Shown here in pieces: positions 27,959 to 44,681 of a DNA stretch of 64,000 bases. The DNA comes from Eledone cirrhosa. Lineage: Eukaryota. Under the pieces are notes generated by a model. It had not been told where the DNA came from and ran no database searches. It saw only the letters and a list, made by a program, of their open reading frames with translations. The stretch covers positions 45,198,001-45,262,000 of the forward strand of contig OZ024743.1 of the NCBI GenBank assembly GCA_964016885.1, given 5' to 3'. Position 1 is the first letter of the stretch. Each line of letters opens with the position of its first letter. Position numbers and translations under genes: made by a program.

Positions 27959-28548
27959 AGCTATCGCCGTATTTTGACTAAAGAAATTAAAGAAAATTAT
28001 TTAGCCTGATAGTGGGGTTAAGAACCCTCGGAGAAATGGAAAAAGATGAGTATTGACGTACATGGGAGTCGAACCCACATCTTTGGTTATCCAGACCACT
28101 GTGCTACCATTACACGAACACATTACCCGTCTTTTTCCATTCGAATTAGAAGCTATAATCTTAGCAACTGTAAATGTCAAGTAAGAATATTTTCGAAACA
28201 GCGAGCGGGTTTGAAATTAGAAATGTAAATTTGGACTAAAGAAATTAAACCCGCTCGCTGTTTCGAAAATATTCTTACTTGACATTTACAGTTGCTAAGA
28301 TTATAGCTTCTAATTCGAATGGAAAAAGACGGGTGAAGTGTTGGTGTAATGGTAGCACAGTGGTCTGGTTAACCAAAGATGTGGGTTCGACTCCCATGTA
28401 CGTCAATACTCATCTTTTTCCATTTTTCAGAGGATTCTTAACCCCACTATCAGGGTAAATAATTTTCTTTAATTTCTTTAGTCAAAATACGGCGATAGCT
28501 TACATTTATAATTTCAAACCCGCTCGCTGTTTCGAAAATATTGTTACT
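27955..28548. mobile_element. tRNA-containing fold-back/tandem element (269-bp unit) in (TA)n
   Basis: 27955-28212 is the reverse complement of 28247-28505. The unit start aaacccgctcgctg recurs at 28516. Confidence 0.8.
28335..28405 (+). ncRNA. tRNA-like cloverleaf (pseudo-tRNA/SINE head); inverted copy at ~28054-28124
   Basis: Acceptor gaagtgt/gtacgtc (6 of 7 paired), D arm gtgt-aatggta-gcac, anticodon arm tggt-ctggtta-acca, T arm gtggg-ttcgact-cccat; A and B boxes intact. Confidence 0.7.
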
Positions 28549-28566
28549 ATATATATATATATATAT

Positions 28567-32690
<4,124 letters not shown>

Positions 32691-32696
32691 TATATA

Positions 32697-33020
32697 TTGT
32701 TATACTTTGGGAAGGTCATGTTGCCAATAAGAAACACACGCACCAGTTGCTTTCACTTCAATTTATTACAATAAATTCATAAGTTTAGGAATTTATAAAT
32801 TCCCGGTTGGTTGGTTGGTTCTTTGACAATATATAAACAATCATCTGGTTGTGGAACCAACCAACCAACCGGAAATATATAAATTCCTAAATTTATCAAT
32901 TTATTGTAAGAAATTGAAGTGAAAGCAACTGGTGCGTGTTTTTCTTATTGGCAACATGACCCTCTCAAAGTATAACAATATCGGTTTCAACACACGTTTT
33001 CAGATAAAGAATCTTGCTAA
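32697..33020. mobile_element. Fold-back element with ~125-bp arms; homologue fragment at ~13047-13170
   Basis: 32697-32821 is the reverse complement of 32853-32980. Degenerate CTGAAAA...GAAA-ccga-TA on the minus strand at ~32978-33008. Confidence 0.7.
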
Positions 33021-33045
33021 TATGTACACATATATCTCTGTGTTC

Positions 33046-33110
<65 letters not shown>

Positions 33111-33115
33111 CATAC

Positions 33116-33148
<33 letters not shown>

Positions 33149-33171
33149 TGTATGTATGTATGTATGTATGT

Positions 33172-33790
33172 AGTGTCAGGTCACTAGTTGGTGCTACTGG
33201 TAACATGCATTCCAGTACAACCTGTCTCATGGTCGGGTCGTTGGCGACTAAACTGGCAACCCCACCAAGGTTTCTTGGTGAGGAGGGGGACTTTGGACAT
33301 CCTGCAGGACTAAAAACAAAACCTGTCAAAGGGAAAAGGAGCTCTTAAGAGTCAATGGCCATCCAAAATCACCGGGAGAGATGACTCCTTAGCCTTTGTC
33401 AAGGCAGAATTCTAGGAGAAGGAAAACTCTGATATAACACCTGCAACCCTGATGGTATCCAATGATGTTGACTTGTTCTTCTTTTTGGTAAATATCATCT
33501 TGGTTAAGAGAGTGGGACTGGCTTTGTGCAGTGCCTATGCTCACTATAAAAGCTTCACGGCACAGGCATTGCTTTATATCTGGAGATCTCTCTGCACTTG
33601 TCGTCAAATGGTACCATGGGCCGAGCACTATGTGTCAATAATTGTCACAAGTGTAGTGTTTTGTACCAGAGTTTTCAAGTCGCTAACTGGACTAAAAAGT
33701 CACACTCGTTCAGCGCATCGGTAGTGGTTCTCCTACATGGATATAAAGTAGTGGCCGTACTCAAAAACGAGTTGGCAGCCACCATGTATG
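33172..33790 (+). mobile_element. Bipartite non-autonomous RTE-like element in (ATGT)n
   Basis: 5' part has an RTE-like UTR motif ctaggagaaggaaaactctga. 3' part encodes C..RVFKSLTGLKSHTRSAH* (C2H2 end) and ends in (ATGT)n. Confidence 0.5.
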
Positions 33791-34137
33791 TATGTATGTA
33801 TGTACGTATGAATGTATATATGTGCGTGCGTGTGTGTGTATTCTGGGTTAAATTCGGGGTAACCACAGTAAGTAAGATACTCAATACATAGCAGAGTATA
33901 CATTTTTAATACAGAAATGGCTTATACAGGACTAGAAATGTTTCATTCGAAGGAAATCATCAGAAAATCTTTCTAAATGTGCATATTTGGAGCAGCAAGT
34001 CTGTAAATATATGTGAAAGTGCATTTATATAGGTTTGATATTGTGCGTTCATACATCTGTTTCTGAATGCATGCGTGTCTATATATGTATATATGTATAT
34101 ATGTATGTGTTCATGTATATGCATGTATATGTGCGAT

Positions 34138-34168
<31 letters not shown>

Positions 34169-35319
34169 CGGAGATATATTGAGAGACAGAGAGGAAAGGG
34201 GGGATCTGTATCCAAGCCGTACGTCCCAATTTAGTATATATCTATTTTAAGACATAGAATTGAATCCTGCTTGACTAATTTTGGACAAAGCTGACACAGT
34301 GTGTGAAAGTGTGTGGTTGTAACCTGTCTTCTGTTGTACATTTAATAAATCTAATTAACGAGTAACATACAACAGCTATTTTGATTAGCAGTAAATCTAT
34401 TCACCTTTTCCTCTCCTACCATCGTCCCGTTACAACCCCCACACTAAATCTATTCACCTTTGCCTCTCCTACCATCGTCTCGGTACACACACACCCCCAC
34501 ACCCCCGCCACGCGCGCGCATCCCCTTCTCATTGTTTCATAAATTGACAATTCTACAATTCAACAAATCGTGGCATCTAGTTTTAACTTTTATAGACTTC
34601 CAGCACCCACTAATTAAGCTTTAAGTATATAATTAGCACATAGAGCTATAAAATTCACAGTTTTATGATGGAAACCGGCCAACGGCGATATGTTGACGTT
34701 ATATATATATATATATATATATAGAAAGATTTGAATGGATACAGTTTAGTTGAAAGGAATTTATTGACACGTGTTTCTATAACAGTTACATAACCTAAAA
34801 CAGCTATCTACAAACTTTTAGTTATGCAGACATTCAATATTTCAATGTTATTATTTACTGTCATTTCATCAGAATAATATTACTGAGGACCTATTTAGTT
34901 TTTATAGAGAATATTAGGAGGGAGGGGTGAAGTTGTTAGAAGAATAGTTGAAGGAGTGGTTTTTCGATAGCAGTGAGAATTCTTGGTGGCAGTGAGTAAT
35001 TAGATTCCCATCTGTTGTTTTGACATTTTTTATGGAATATATTATTGGTTATTTTTCTAAATCTATAGAAGGATTAGAGATAGTAAAGATATGCGTGGTT
35101 GGTTTTGTGTTTGCACTTAACATTCAGACTTAAATTTTTCTTTCAAGTGTACGTATTCTTTCACCCACGCATTCACACAAATATATTTGCACACCTCTAC
35201 AAAATACATATACTCACAATTCACATATTCATACTTACATATATATACACATGCATACACATATATATACACACATGTATTCATGTACATACATACGCGC
35301 TCATGTGTATATTCAATAT

Positions 35320-35601
35320 ATATACTCAATAAAACACCAGAGCCAAAGAAATGTAACAACTTTAGCAGAAAAAGCTTGGACGCTCAGGGATAGCAATCAA
35401 AAGTTTACCCTAAAATGGGAAAAATTAGCTAAAACCCAAAGCTTTTCCAGGAGCCAAAATTTCTGCAAATTGTGTAATCTTGAGATTTATTACATAATCA
35501 CACACAAGAAGAAACTGCTGAATAACAGAATTGAACGAACATTATTCTGCCGTCACAGAACTAAAACCCTTTTTTCCCACTACAAGCCGAATATTACATA
35601 A
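35320..35601 (+). pseudogene. PLE GIY-YIG endonuclease C-terminal fragment
   Basis: TTLAEKAW.L..W..CKLCNLEIYYI..LLNNRIER..FCRH*; homologous to 12716-13018. Confidence 0.8.
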
Positions 35602-35918
35602 AAGAGGGACATCCCCCAACTATATAAACCTTAATCTAGTTAGAAAAATATAAAAACAATCTCTTCTCAACATATATTAATAACCTTAAATTACCATACT
35701 AATAATGAAAAGATATGCTGATGAGAATAGGTACAAATATGCGATAATGAATGTGTCTAAAAACGTCCATAAGTATGTATATATATGTGAAAATGTATAT
35801 AAATAAGTAAATATATATATATGTTTGATGTGTATAGTTAGATGTAAGTGTATTCATGTATTAAAGTGCTTATATATATATATATATATGTGTGTATGTG
35901 TATATGTGTGTGTGTGGG

Positions 35919-35975
<57 letters not shown>

Positions 35976-36563
35976 ATGTATATATATATATATATATATA
36001 TGTGTATGTATGTATGTGTATGTGGATGTGTATGTATGCGTATGTGTGTACACATGGACTAGAGTATGTATGTATATATGTGTGTGTCTATACGTGTGTA
36101 TATATAAAGATAAGTTGAGTATGAAAATGTATACACATGAGCGCGTATGTATGTACATGAATACATGTGTGTATATATATGTGTATGCATGTGTATATAT
36201 ATGTAAGTATGAATATGTGAATTGTGAGTATATGTATTTTGTAGAGGTGTGCAAATATATTTGTGTGAATGCGTGGGTGAAAGAATACGTACACTTGAAA
36301 GAAAAATTTAAGTCTGAATGTTAAGTGCAAACACAAAACCAACCACGCATATCTTTACTATCTCTAATCCTTCTATAGATTTAGAAAAATAACCAATAAT
36401 ATATTCCATAAAAAATGTCAAAACAACAGATGGGAATCTAATTACTCACTGCCACCAAGAATTCTCACTGCTATCGAAAAACCACTCCTTCAACTATTCT
36501 TCTAACAACTTCACCCCTCCCTCCTAATATTCTCTATAAAAACTAAATAGGTCCTCAGTAATA

Positions 36564-36680
36564 TTATTCTGATGAAATGACAGTAAATAATAACATTGAA
36601 ATATTGAATGTCTGCATAACTAAAAGTTTGTAGATAGCTGTTTTAGGTTATGTAACTGTTATAGAAACACGTGTCAATAA
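36564..36680 (+). ncRNA. HHR with extended stem/loop II (inverted copy at 34761-34877)
   Basis: ttatt-CTGATGA-aatgacagt...actgttata-GAAA-CACGTG-TC-aataa. Confidence 0.8.
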
Positions 36681-36856
36681 ATTCCTTTCAACTAAACTGT
36701 ATCCATTCAAATCTTTCTATTTTTCTCCGGATTACTTTTGGAACTACAACTGGAACCGTCGAGCAAACTCTACGTGAGCTGATAATCTACTGTGTGTAAT
36801 ATTTATATTACAACACAACGGAAAATACTGTATATATATATATATATATATATATA

Positions 36857-37713
<857 letters not shown>

Positions 37714-37918
37714 TGTTTCTGGGAAAGACGGTGAGATTGCGCAGGTGAGATGTTGATATTAAGAATAGGTACGGACGTAACCAGTAGTATCTGCTAGTAG
37801 ATATATATATATATCCAGCAGGAGTAGTCAGCCCTCTGAAACTATCGGAAAACAATGGACTAATTAACCACCTAACTCTGACTTTTATTTAATTTTAATT
37901 GTTCAATACACACACGTG

Positions 37919-37959
<41 letters not shown>

Positions 37960-38077
37960 ATATATAGAGAGAGGGAGAGAGACAGAGAGAGAGAGTTGTG
38001 TGTATGTGTATATATATATATATAAAGCGAGACAGACTTATACATTTGCACACATTATTATATTTATTTATACACAT

Positions 38078-38851
38078 GCAAGGTCTGTGAAAAATGTACC
38101 CCCCACCACCATCACCACCTTTAAAGCTTCCCGTTGATAATTATTTAAGTTAATGGGTCAAAATATAGAGAGAGGAGTCTAAACATTCATGCAGATATGT
38201 GGAATGTGAGCTTGCTCGATGGTTCAGTGACTATCATGTGGCCAGTGTGTGAGGTTTGTACTCTTTACTCATCCCATACTACCAACAAGGAATTTGAGTT
38301 ACTGAATAAGGGATTGTCTTGAAATGACAATTGGATGTACAGGTAGGATCCGGAAACCAAAACATTCTACTTCGCCAAGGCTGAAACAAGCATGTCAAGC
38401 GAGGAGAAAAATGAAAGGGATGCTGATTGCTTTGTTTAACTACCGAAGGGTGGGGCATAACGAGGTCCTCCGATATCTTCGTGACACAGTTGGAGCATCA
38501 GACCAGATCTGCAAACTTGGCACAACTGGAAGCTCCATCAGGACAACGTTAGAACTTATGAAGGGTATTGGGCTAATAAGGGCATTTCACTCATTCGACC
38601 TGCTCCTTATTAATCTGATATGGCGCCTTCAGAAGTTTGTTTGCTTCCATAAAATGAAGATGCTATTGAAAAGTATCTTTGAGAGCCGAGAGGTATTTCG
38701 AAGGAAGCAATCCAGTCATGCTTTGAACAGTGGATGGGAACACAGAGCTTTAGTATTTGCAGGCAGAAGGGCTTTCGTCGAATATGAAATAACGCCAAGT
38801 ACGTAATTTCCTCCCGCCTATAATCAGATACTTATATAACCGACCTCATAT
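38078..38851 (+). mobile_element. Decayed mariner transposon
   Basis: Remnants K.MLI.LF, LRYLRD.V, LHQDN, DMAPS (YSPDLAP region); TIR-like ends. Confidence 0.6.
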
Positions 38852-39049
38852 TTTGCAAACACTTGTAATCACTCATATGCAGACGTCTCCATATGTATAC
38901 CCATGCATAGGTACATATGCATATACATATACTTATACTTATACATACATATATATATATATATATATCAAATTAATATATATATATATGTGTGTGTGTG
39001 GGTGTGTGGGTGTATGTATGTGTGTGTGTGTATGTGTGTGTTTATATAT

Positions 39050-40686
39050 ATGTATGTATCATCACATTTTGAAGCGAATTAATTGGAAAAGTTACATTGA
39101 ATTTTGTGTGTGGTACCTTGGCAAATGAGAAAGATGCAGCATTCCCATCCAAAATTGTTTGGAGCGACGAGGACATCTTTCAATTAAAATTACTTAATTA
39201 ACCAACACAATTGCACCTAATGGGCTCCTAAAAATCTGCGTCTTACTATGGAATACTATTTGAACTTACCAGGAGATATAGTGTGGTGTGGGACATCTAT
39301 GGAATACTATTTGAACTTACCAGGAGTTATAGTGGGGTTTGGGATATCTATGGAATACTATTTGAACTTACCAGGTGGAGTTGTGGTGTGGGGTATAATC
39401 ATTGGGCATTCTACGACTAGTCTGTTTTTACCAACTCTTACTGGGGAAGTTTACTTAAACTTGCTTCAGGAATCCGTTATTCCACGTATCGAAGAGATGT
39501 TTACTTTCAGCAAGATAGAAGACTGCCCTACTACCACCCTAATGTTAGCACCTATCTCGAAGCAACTTTTCCAAACAGATAGATTGGGCAAAGGGGTAGT
39601 GTTGTATTCCCTGCATGCAAATCTCACTCCAATGGACCTCTTTTTATAAGGATATCTCAAAGATAAGGTTGATGGCTCAAAACCAATAACAGTCGATAAA
39701 CTGGAAGAGGAAACTGAAAGAGAATGTCTTGCAGTTCCAAGCAGCACCGCCTTGCCTGTTTTCGCGCGGCCTCCAAACCCCACAGTGGTGCCTGGCTCCA
39801 TGCCTTGCCCACTGGCACGCAGCTAGATAACGATAGCCTGCGCATCGGCGTTTCCTTGAGGCTTGGACTCCGCATCTGCGAGCCACATAAATGTCGCTGT
39901 GGATCCACCGTGGACTCTTTCGGCCTCCACCCGCTTTCCTGTCGCCACACTCCCGGCCGCCTTCCACGCCATGCTGCCCTCAACGAGGTCATTAAGCATG
40001 GCTTGGACGCTGCAAGCTTCTCCTCCCAGCTCGAGCCGGTGGGGCTGGACCGTGGGGATGGCAAATGGCCAGACGGCATGACCATATTCCCGTTCCGCGG
40101 TGGCAAAGTCCTCGCCTGGGATGATACTTGCAGTGACACTTTCTCCAGACGCAACCTGGTGCAGTCTGCGAGTAACCCAGGTTCTGCTGCACGTCGGGCT
40201 GAAGAGGCCAAAATCTCCAAATACCAGTCGCTCTCCGACAGGTTCGCGGTCGTGCCCTTGGCAGTGGAGACTTCTGGTTTCCTTGGCCCCAGGGCTACCT
40301 CCCTATTCACCACCATAGGCGCTGAGCTGGCCAGCCGCAGGTGTGAGCCTCACGAGTTGGAATGGCTCTTGCAGCGCATCTCCCTTACCACCCTCCAGGG
40401 AAACGCCTTCTCCATCCCGTCTGCCGGGGTTGTGGGGAGGCCAGCACGTAGGACACCATTTGCTCACCGTACGGATTAATAGGCAAGTTATAAACTATTG
40501 AAGAAAAAGTGAAATGATTAGTAACGCTGTTGAATCATTTGGATTGCGTTATCTTCTGTGTTTGGAATGGGGTGGTTGTCGGTTTGAACATTTGTAAACA
40601 TGTATCTATCCATTAATCTTGTTTCTACGTAAATAAACAACGCATTTATTATCATTTAAGGAAAGTATATTTTTAGACACCCTGCA
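39050..40686 (+). mobile_element. Decayed Tc1/mariner-superfamily transposon (DD37D-like), split by a CRE-like insertion; internal 51-bp triplication at 39246-39397
   Basis: IVWSDE, VWCG, NLTPMDLFL.GYLKDKV; resumes after ~40495 with GG.RFEHL* and TIR tttttagacaccctg. Confidence 0.7.
39731..40479 (+). mobile_element. CRE-like non-LTR retrotransposon 3' fragment (Zn knuckle and restriction-like endonuclease), open frame
   Basis: SGAWL.ALP, LRLG, CRCG..D..G.H.LSC...RH..LN, EP.GL..DGK(W)PDG.T..P..GK.LAWD.T..DT, AE..K..KY, P.AVET.G..G, QRIS...Q.GNA. Confidence 0.85.
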
Positions 40687-40734
40687 TCTAGGGCGGGTAA
40701 AATTCCCGAGATCCATGGACGAGTTCTCTCCAGC

Positions 40735-41560
40735 GGTCTCTGTCCCTCATTATCGCTGCCATTCCTGCGTCTCCAACAGACCAGTGTCTGCCCTTAAGGC
40801 ATCAACATACGTTAACCTTGGTCTTCATCTTCCAGTGTGGCCATGTAGGGGCTCCCACAAGAGCACTGAGTGCAATGGCAACTCTGGATGTCGGTGAGCA
40901 TGTCCAGCTAACCTCAGTCTCCTCTGTGTCACTTTTGAGCTGACTTTTGGGAGGCTCCCATACAGCTCTGAGTTTTTCATCCTCAGTGTATACTGATTAA
41001 TGTTCAGAGCCATCCTCAGCATTCTCGTGTAGCACCCATCCACCATCTGAGTGAGTTTCTTGGTCAGTGTCCAAGTCCCAGAACCGTACAGCAGCACAGA
41101 CTCCACTACAGCAATGAAGAGGCGGATTTTCAGGTCTTTACGAAGGTCCGACTTCCACACCGATCTCAAGCTGTGTCACGCCGCCCAAGCTTTGCTCTTC
41201 CTCTCAACCACATCATCTTCCGTATTCCCAATCTTTGCTCCCAAATACAGGAAGTCCTCAACCAATTCTAGCGGCTTCCGGCCTACATTAGTGATCCCCT
41301 CTGGCTTCTCAACATTCTCTACCAGATATTTTGTTTTAGTCTCATTCATTCTCAGCCCCACACTCATCGACACAGTCTTAACCTCCTGCATCAAATCCTC
41401 TGCCTCCTTCACTCTATTTGTCACCAAAACTATGTCGTCGGTAAATTCAGCATCTGATACCTTTTTCGCCTTAACTCTCCTGCTCTGAGCCGGAGCTACA
41501 GTAAAGCCAGAGTCCTGGTGTTTCTCCAGTGCAAGGCGCATACAATAGTCCACTACCTTT
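40735..41560 (-). mobile_element. RTE-clade LINE RT 3' fragment
   Basis: EFTDDIVL, GLRMNETKTK, DFLYLG, KIRLF...ESVLLYGS.TWTL, RRLRLAGH, GRP; one frameshift. Confidence 0.85.
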
Positions 41561-42002
41561 TTTACACCATGCATATACGCTAATATAAAGGCCCATACAT
41601 GTGTATATATTTATACACATACAGACACTCAACAAACGTAAATGTTTCTAGAGGAAGTATGTTTATTTTAATTATTAAATATCTACGCGTATATATGTTA
41701 GTAGGCGTGTATACATACATATACACACATACACACACAGACGCACACACATATATACATACATAAGAATGTATACGTATGCGGGCACGTGGGTGGACGC
41801 GTATGTGCGTAAAGGGAGACGTGATTCTTAGCGTGTATAATTAGGTACGTATGGATTTACGTGAAGATATGCCTCCTTATATTTCTTTACATGTATTCGT
41901 AGTTACGTGTAAGTGCATATGTGTAGATGTGTACATGTAACAATGCATGTATAAATAGCTGTAGGAGTGGGTATACTTGCACACAGATATACATTTCTAT
42001 GC

Positions 42003-42130
<128 letters not shown>

Positions 42131-42821
42131 TATGTGTATGTGTGTGTGTGTGTGTATGTGCGTGCGTGTATGAGTATGTGTGTGTTACAAACTTAACATA
42201 ATTAGTCAATTTACAATGAAAGAGTAAGATATCAATTCACACATACACACATACACATACACATACACACACTGAGAGTGGCGTGTAAGAGAGCCATTGT
42301 CATATTGTTGTCTCATTTGAAAAAGAAATTCTACTCGTGACAATAAAACTCCACAACTCTAAGCCGAAGGCGTGCAACAAAGTATCTTACGAAAGAACAT
42401 TCCATTATAGAATTCATTTGAAAAGCAGTGGAATTAATTTACTCCAACAAAATTTGAAAAGGCAAAAGGAGAAACAACGAATTGTTATCAATTTTTTCTC
42501 TCATCTTTATTTTCTTATAAAGGTTCCAGAAAACTATGATACAGTTGCGATTATATAAAAAACAATATTAATCTATCATTTGAAGATGAGATGCACGTTT
42601 TTGTTGGCTTTTTTTTTAATCATAAACGGAGTATGCTTGATGCATTAATTCCACAATTCCTGAGAGTAGAAAAAATAGACCCTTAAAGCTGACTTAAGAT
42701 ATATATGAATATTTCCATGCTTGTCATGGACATAGATAAATATATTATAAACCATGGATAATATTAATTATATAATTCTGGCGCGCTGTTGGTGACATAT
42801 ATATTTATATATATGTATATA

Positions 42822-42859
<38 letters not shown>

Positions 42860-43264
42860 GTATTCATTAGCTAAGCAAAACAAGACAACAAATCTCATAA
42901 GGATGATATTATTTAAAGATTGTCAACATAGTTGTAGTTTAATGTAAGGAATGTAAAGAATAATAATAATTGTTTCTACTGTTGGCACAAGGCCAGCAAA
43001 TACCCAGTGTATTACTGGTACTTTATTTTATCGACCCCATAAGAATAAGAATAAGAAGAATAATACTAACTAATAATGTCTGTTTACAATTGTTTCGCTA
43101 CTCCATATAATGTTTCTGGATCAAATGATTAGAGTTCATTATTGATCTGGTTCAGTTGAAGAACTTAGGTAAAATTGGAGCAGTTCATCGAAACTTCAAA
43201 AGGAATATAAATTAAGGTAAAGAAAGACGCTTACATGAATGTAATGTTCCATTTATTAGTATTT

Positions 43265-43317
<53 letters not shown>

Positions 43318-43318
43318 A

Positions 43319-43384
<66 letters not shown>

Positions 43385-44681
43385 GTGAGGTTTTTTAACA
43401 AAATGAAAATTAACCGAGGTGTCTTACACGAGTGAAAGTATAAAGAAAAAAAGATGAAATCGAAAATGCAACTGGAGTCTTATTTTTCTTTAAATATATA
43501 TTTATTTGGTTCCTTTACCGGATTCGTAGTTCTTCTGCTTTTCAAAAGTAGAGTTGAGATGAAGGGTCTGTGGTTTTTCTCCCATCTGGTTGGTCTTTGA
43601 ATGTTACTTCTTTTATATGGAAAAAAGTGGCACGAAACGCCAGGCTTTTAGAGAAGTAATTTGATTGGTTGGTGAATAAGTATAATACATTTAATAAATT
43701 TCGCGCCAGTTCGCGTTACAAAGTTCTTCAAACAAGGGGGGAGGGACTCAGGTTGTTTTTTCATATATGAGTGAAGTTTAATTGGTTGATGCAGTCATGT
43801 GAATAAGCACATCAGCTTTCGCGCCAGTTTGTTTGAATTTCTTTTTACTTTAAAAAAAAGTGCCTCACGAAGGCTCTTTTTTATACATGTAATTTGATTG
43901 GTTATAAATGAAATTATGACTGTCACGTGAAGAAGTTCATTAAATCTTCGCCCCCGTATTTGTGAATTTATTTTGTAGCCTTTTAGAGAATTTTATGACA
44001 AATAAAAGATAATTGTCAAGAGAAATGTGATAGGGAGAATTGTTCTGGTTCAGTGAATATGGCTGTTTCGCTGGGGGGTCAGAATTCAGACTTTCTATTG
44101 AAATAAAGAAAGTAGAGATATGTATGTTTATTTGTGTGCTTCTCTGTGTGTATGTGTGTGTGTATAGGATGATGATTCTATTAGTAGAAATAGGGGAGGG
44201 AGTGGTGTGTGTGTGTATGGGTGTTATGTATGTGGGGGGGAGTATGTTAAGATGGAGAGAATATATATATTTTGTCTGTGTGTATGTGTGTAGGAAAGTG
44301 ATTCTATTAGTAGAAATGGGGGAGGGAGTTGTGTGTGGGGGGGTGTTATGTGTGTGAGTATGGGTGTTATGTGTGGATGGGAGCATGGTTAACATGTTAA
44401 GATGAAGAGAATATATATATATATTTTGTGTGTGTGTGTGTGTGTGTAGGAAAATGATTCCTTTAGTAGGAATATTTTTGAATTAACATATTTTCCTTAC
44501 TTATTCGTATTTGTTCTGTTGTATTGTCAGCGCAAACGTATGTTAAGGTTTATTTAGTTCGGGTTTTTATTTTCTAAAGTAGCAGGTGTTATGTGTGTGT
44601 GTATGTGTCTGTTTGGGTGGTTAGCATGTTATGGTGTTGACATAATGTATATTAAACCATATTTAATGCTGGTCTATATTT

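Larger units (their letters stand above)
34722..36830 (+). mobile_element. 5'-truncated PLE with ~590-bp inverted pLTR
   Basis: 34722-35311 is the reverse complement of 36130-36720. GIY-YIG end at ~35320-35601; (TA)n flanks. Confidence 0.9.

Noticed and set aside
28335-28405. Functional tRNA gene
   Set aside because: The anticodon differs between the two arms (GGT vs GGA), loop position 37 is a pyrimidine, and it is embedded in a mobile fold-back.
35718-35724. CTGATGA as another hammerhead
   Set aside because: No matching stem II, GAAA or NUH arrangement nearby.
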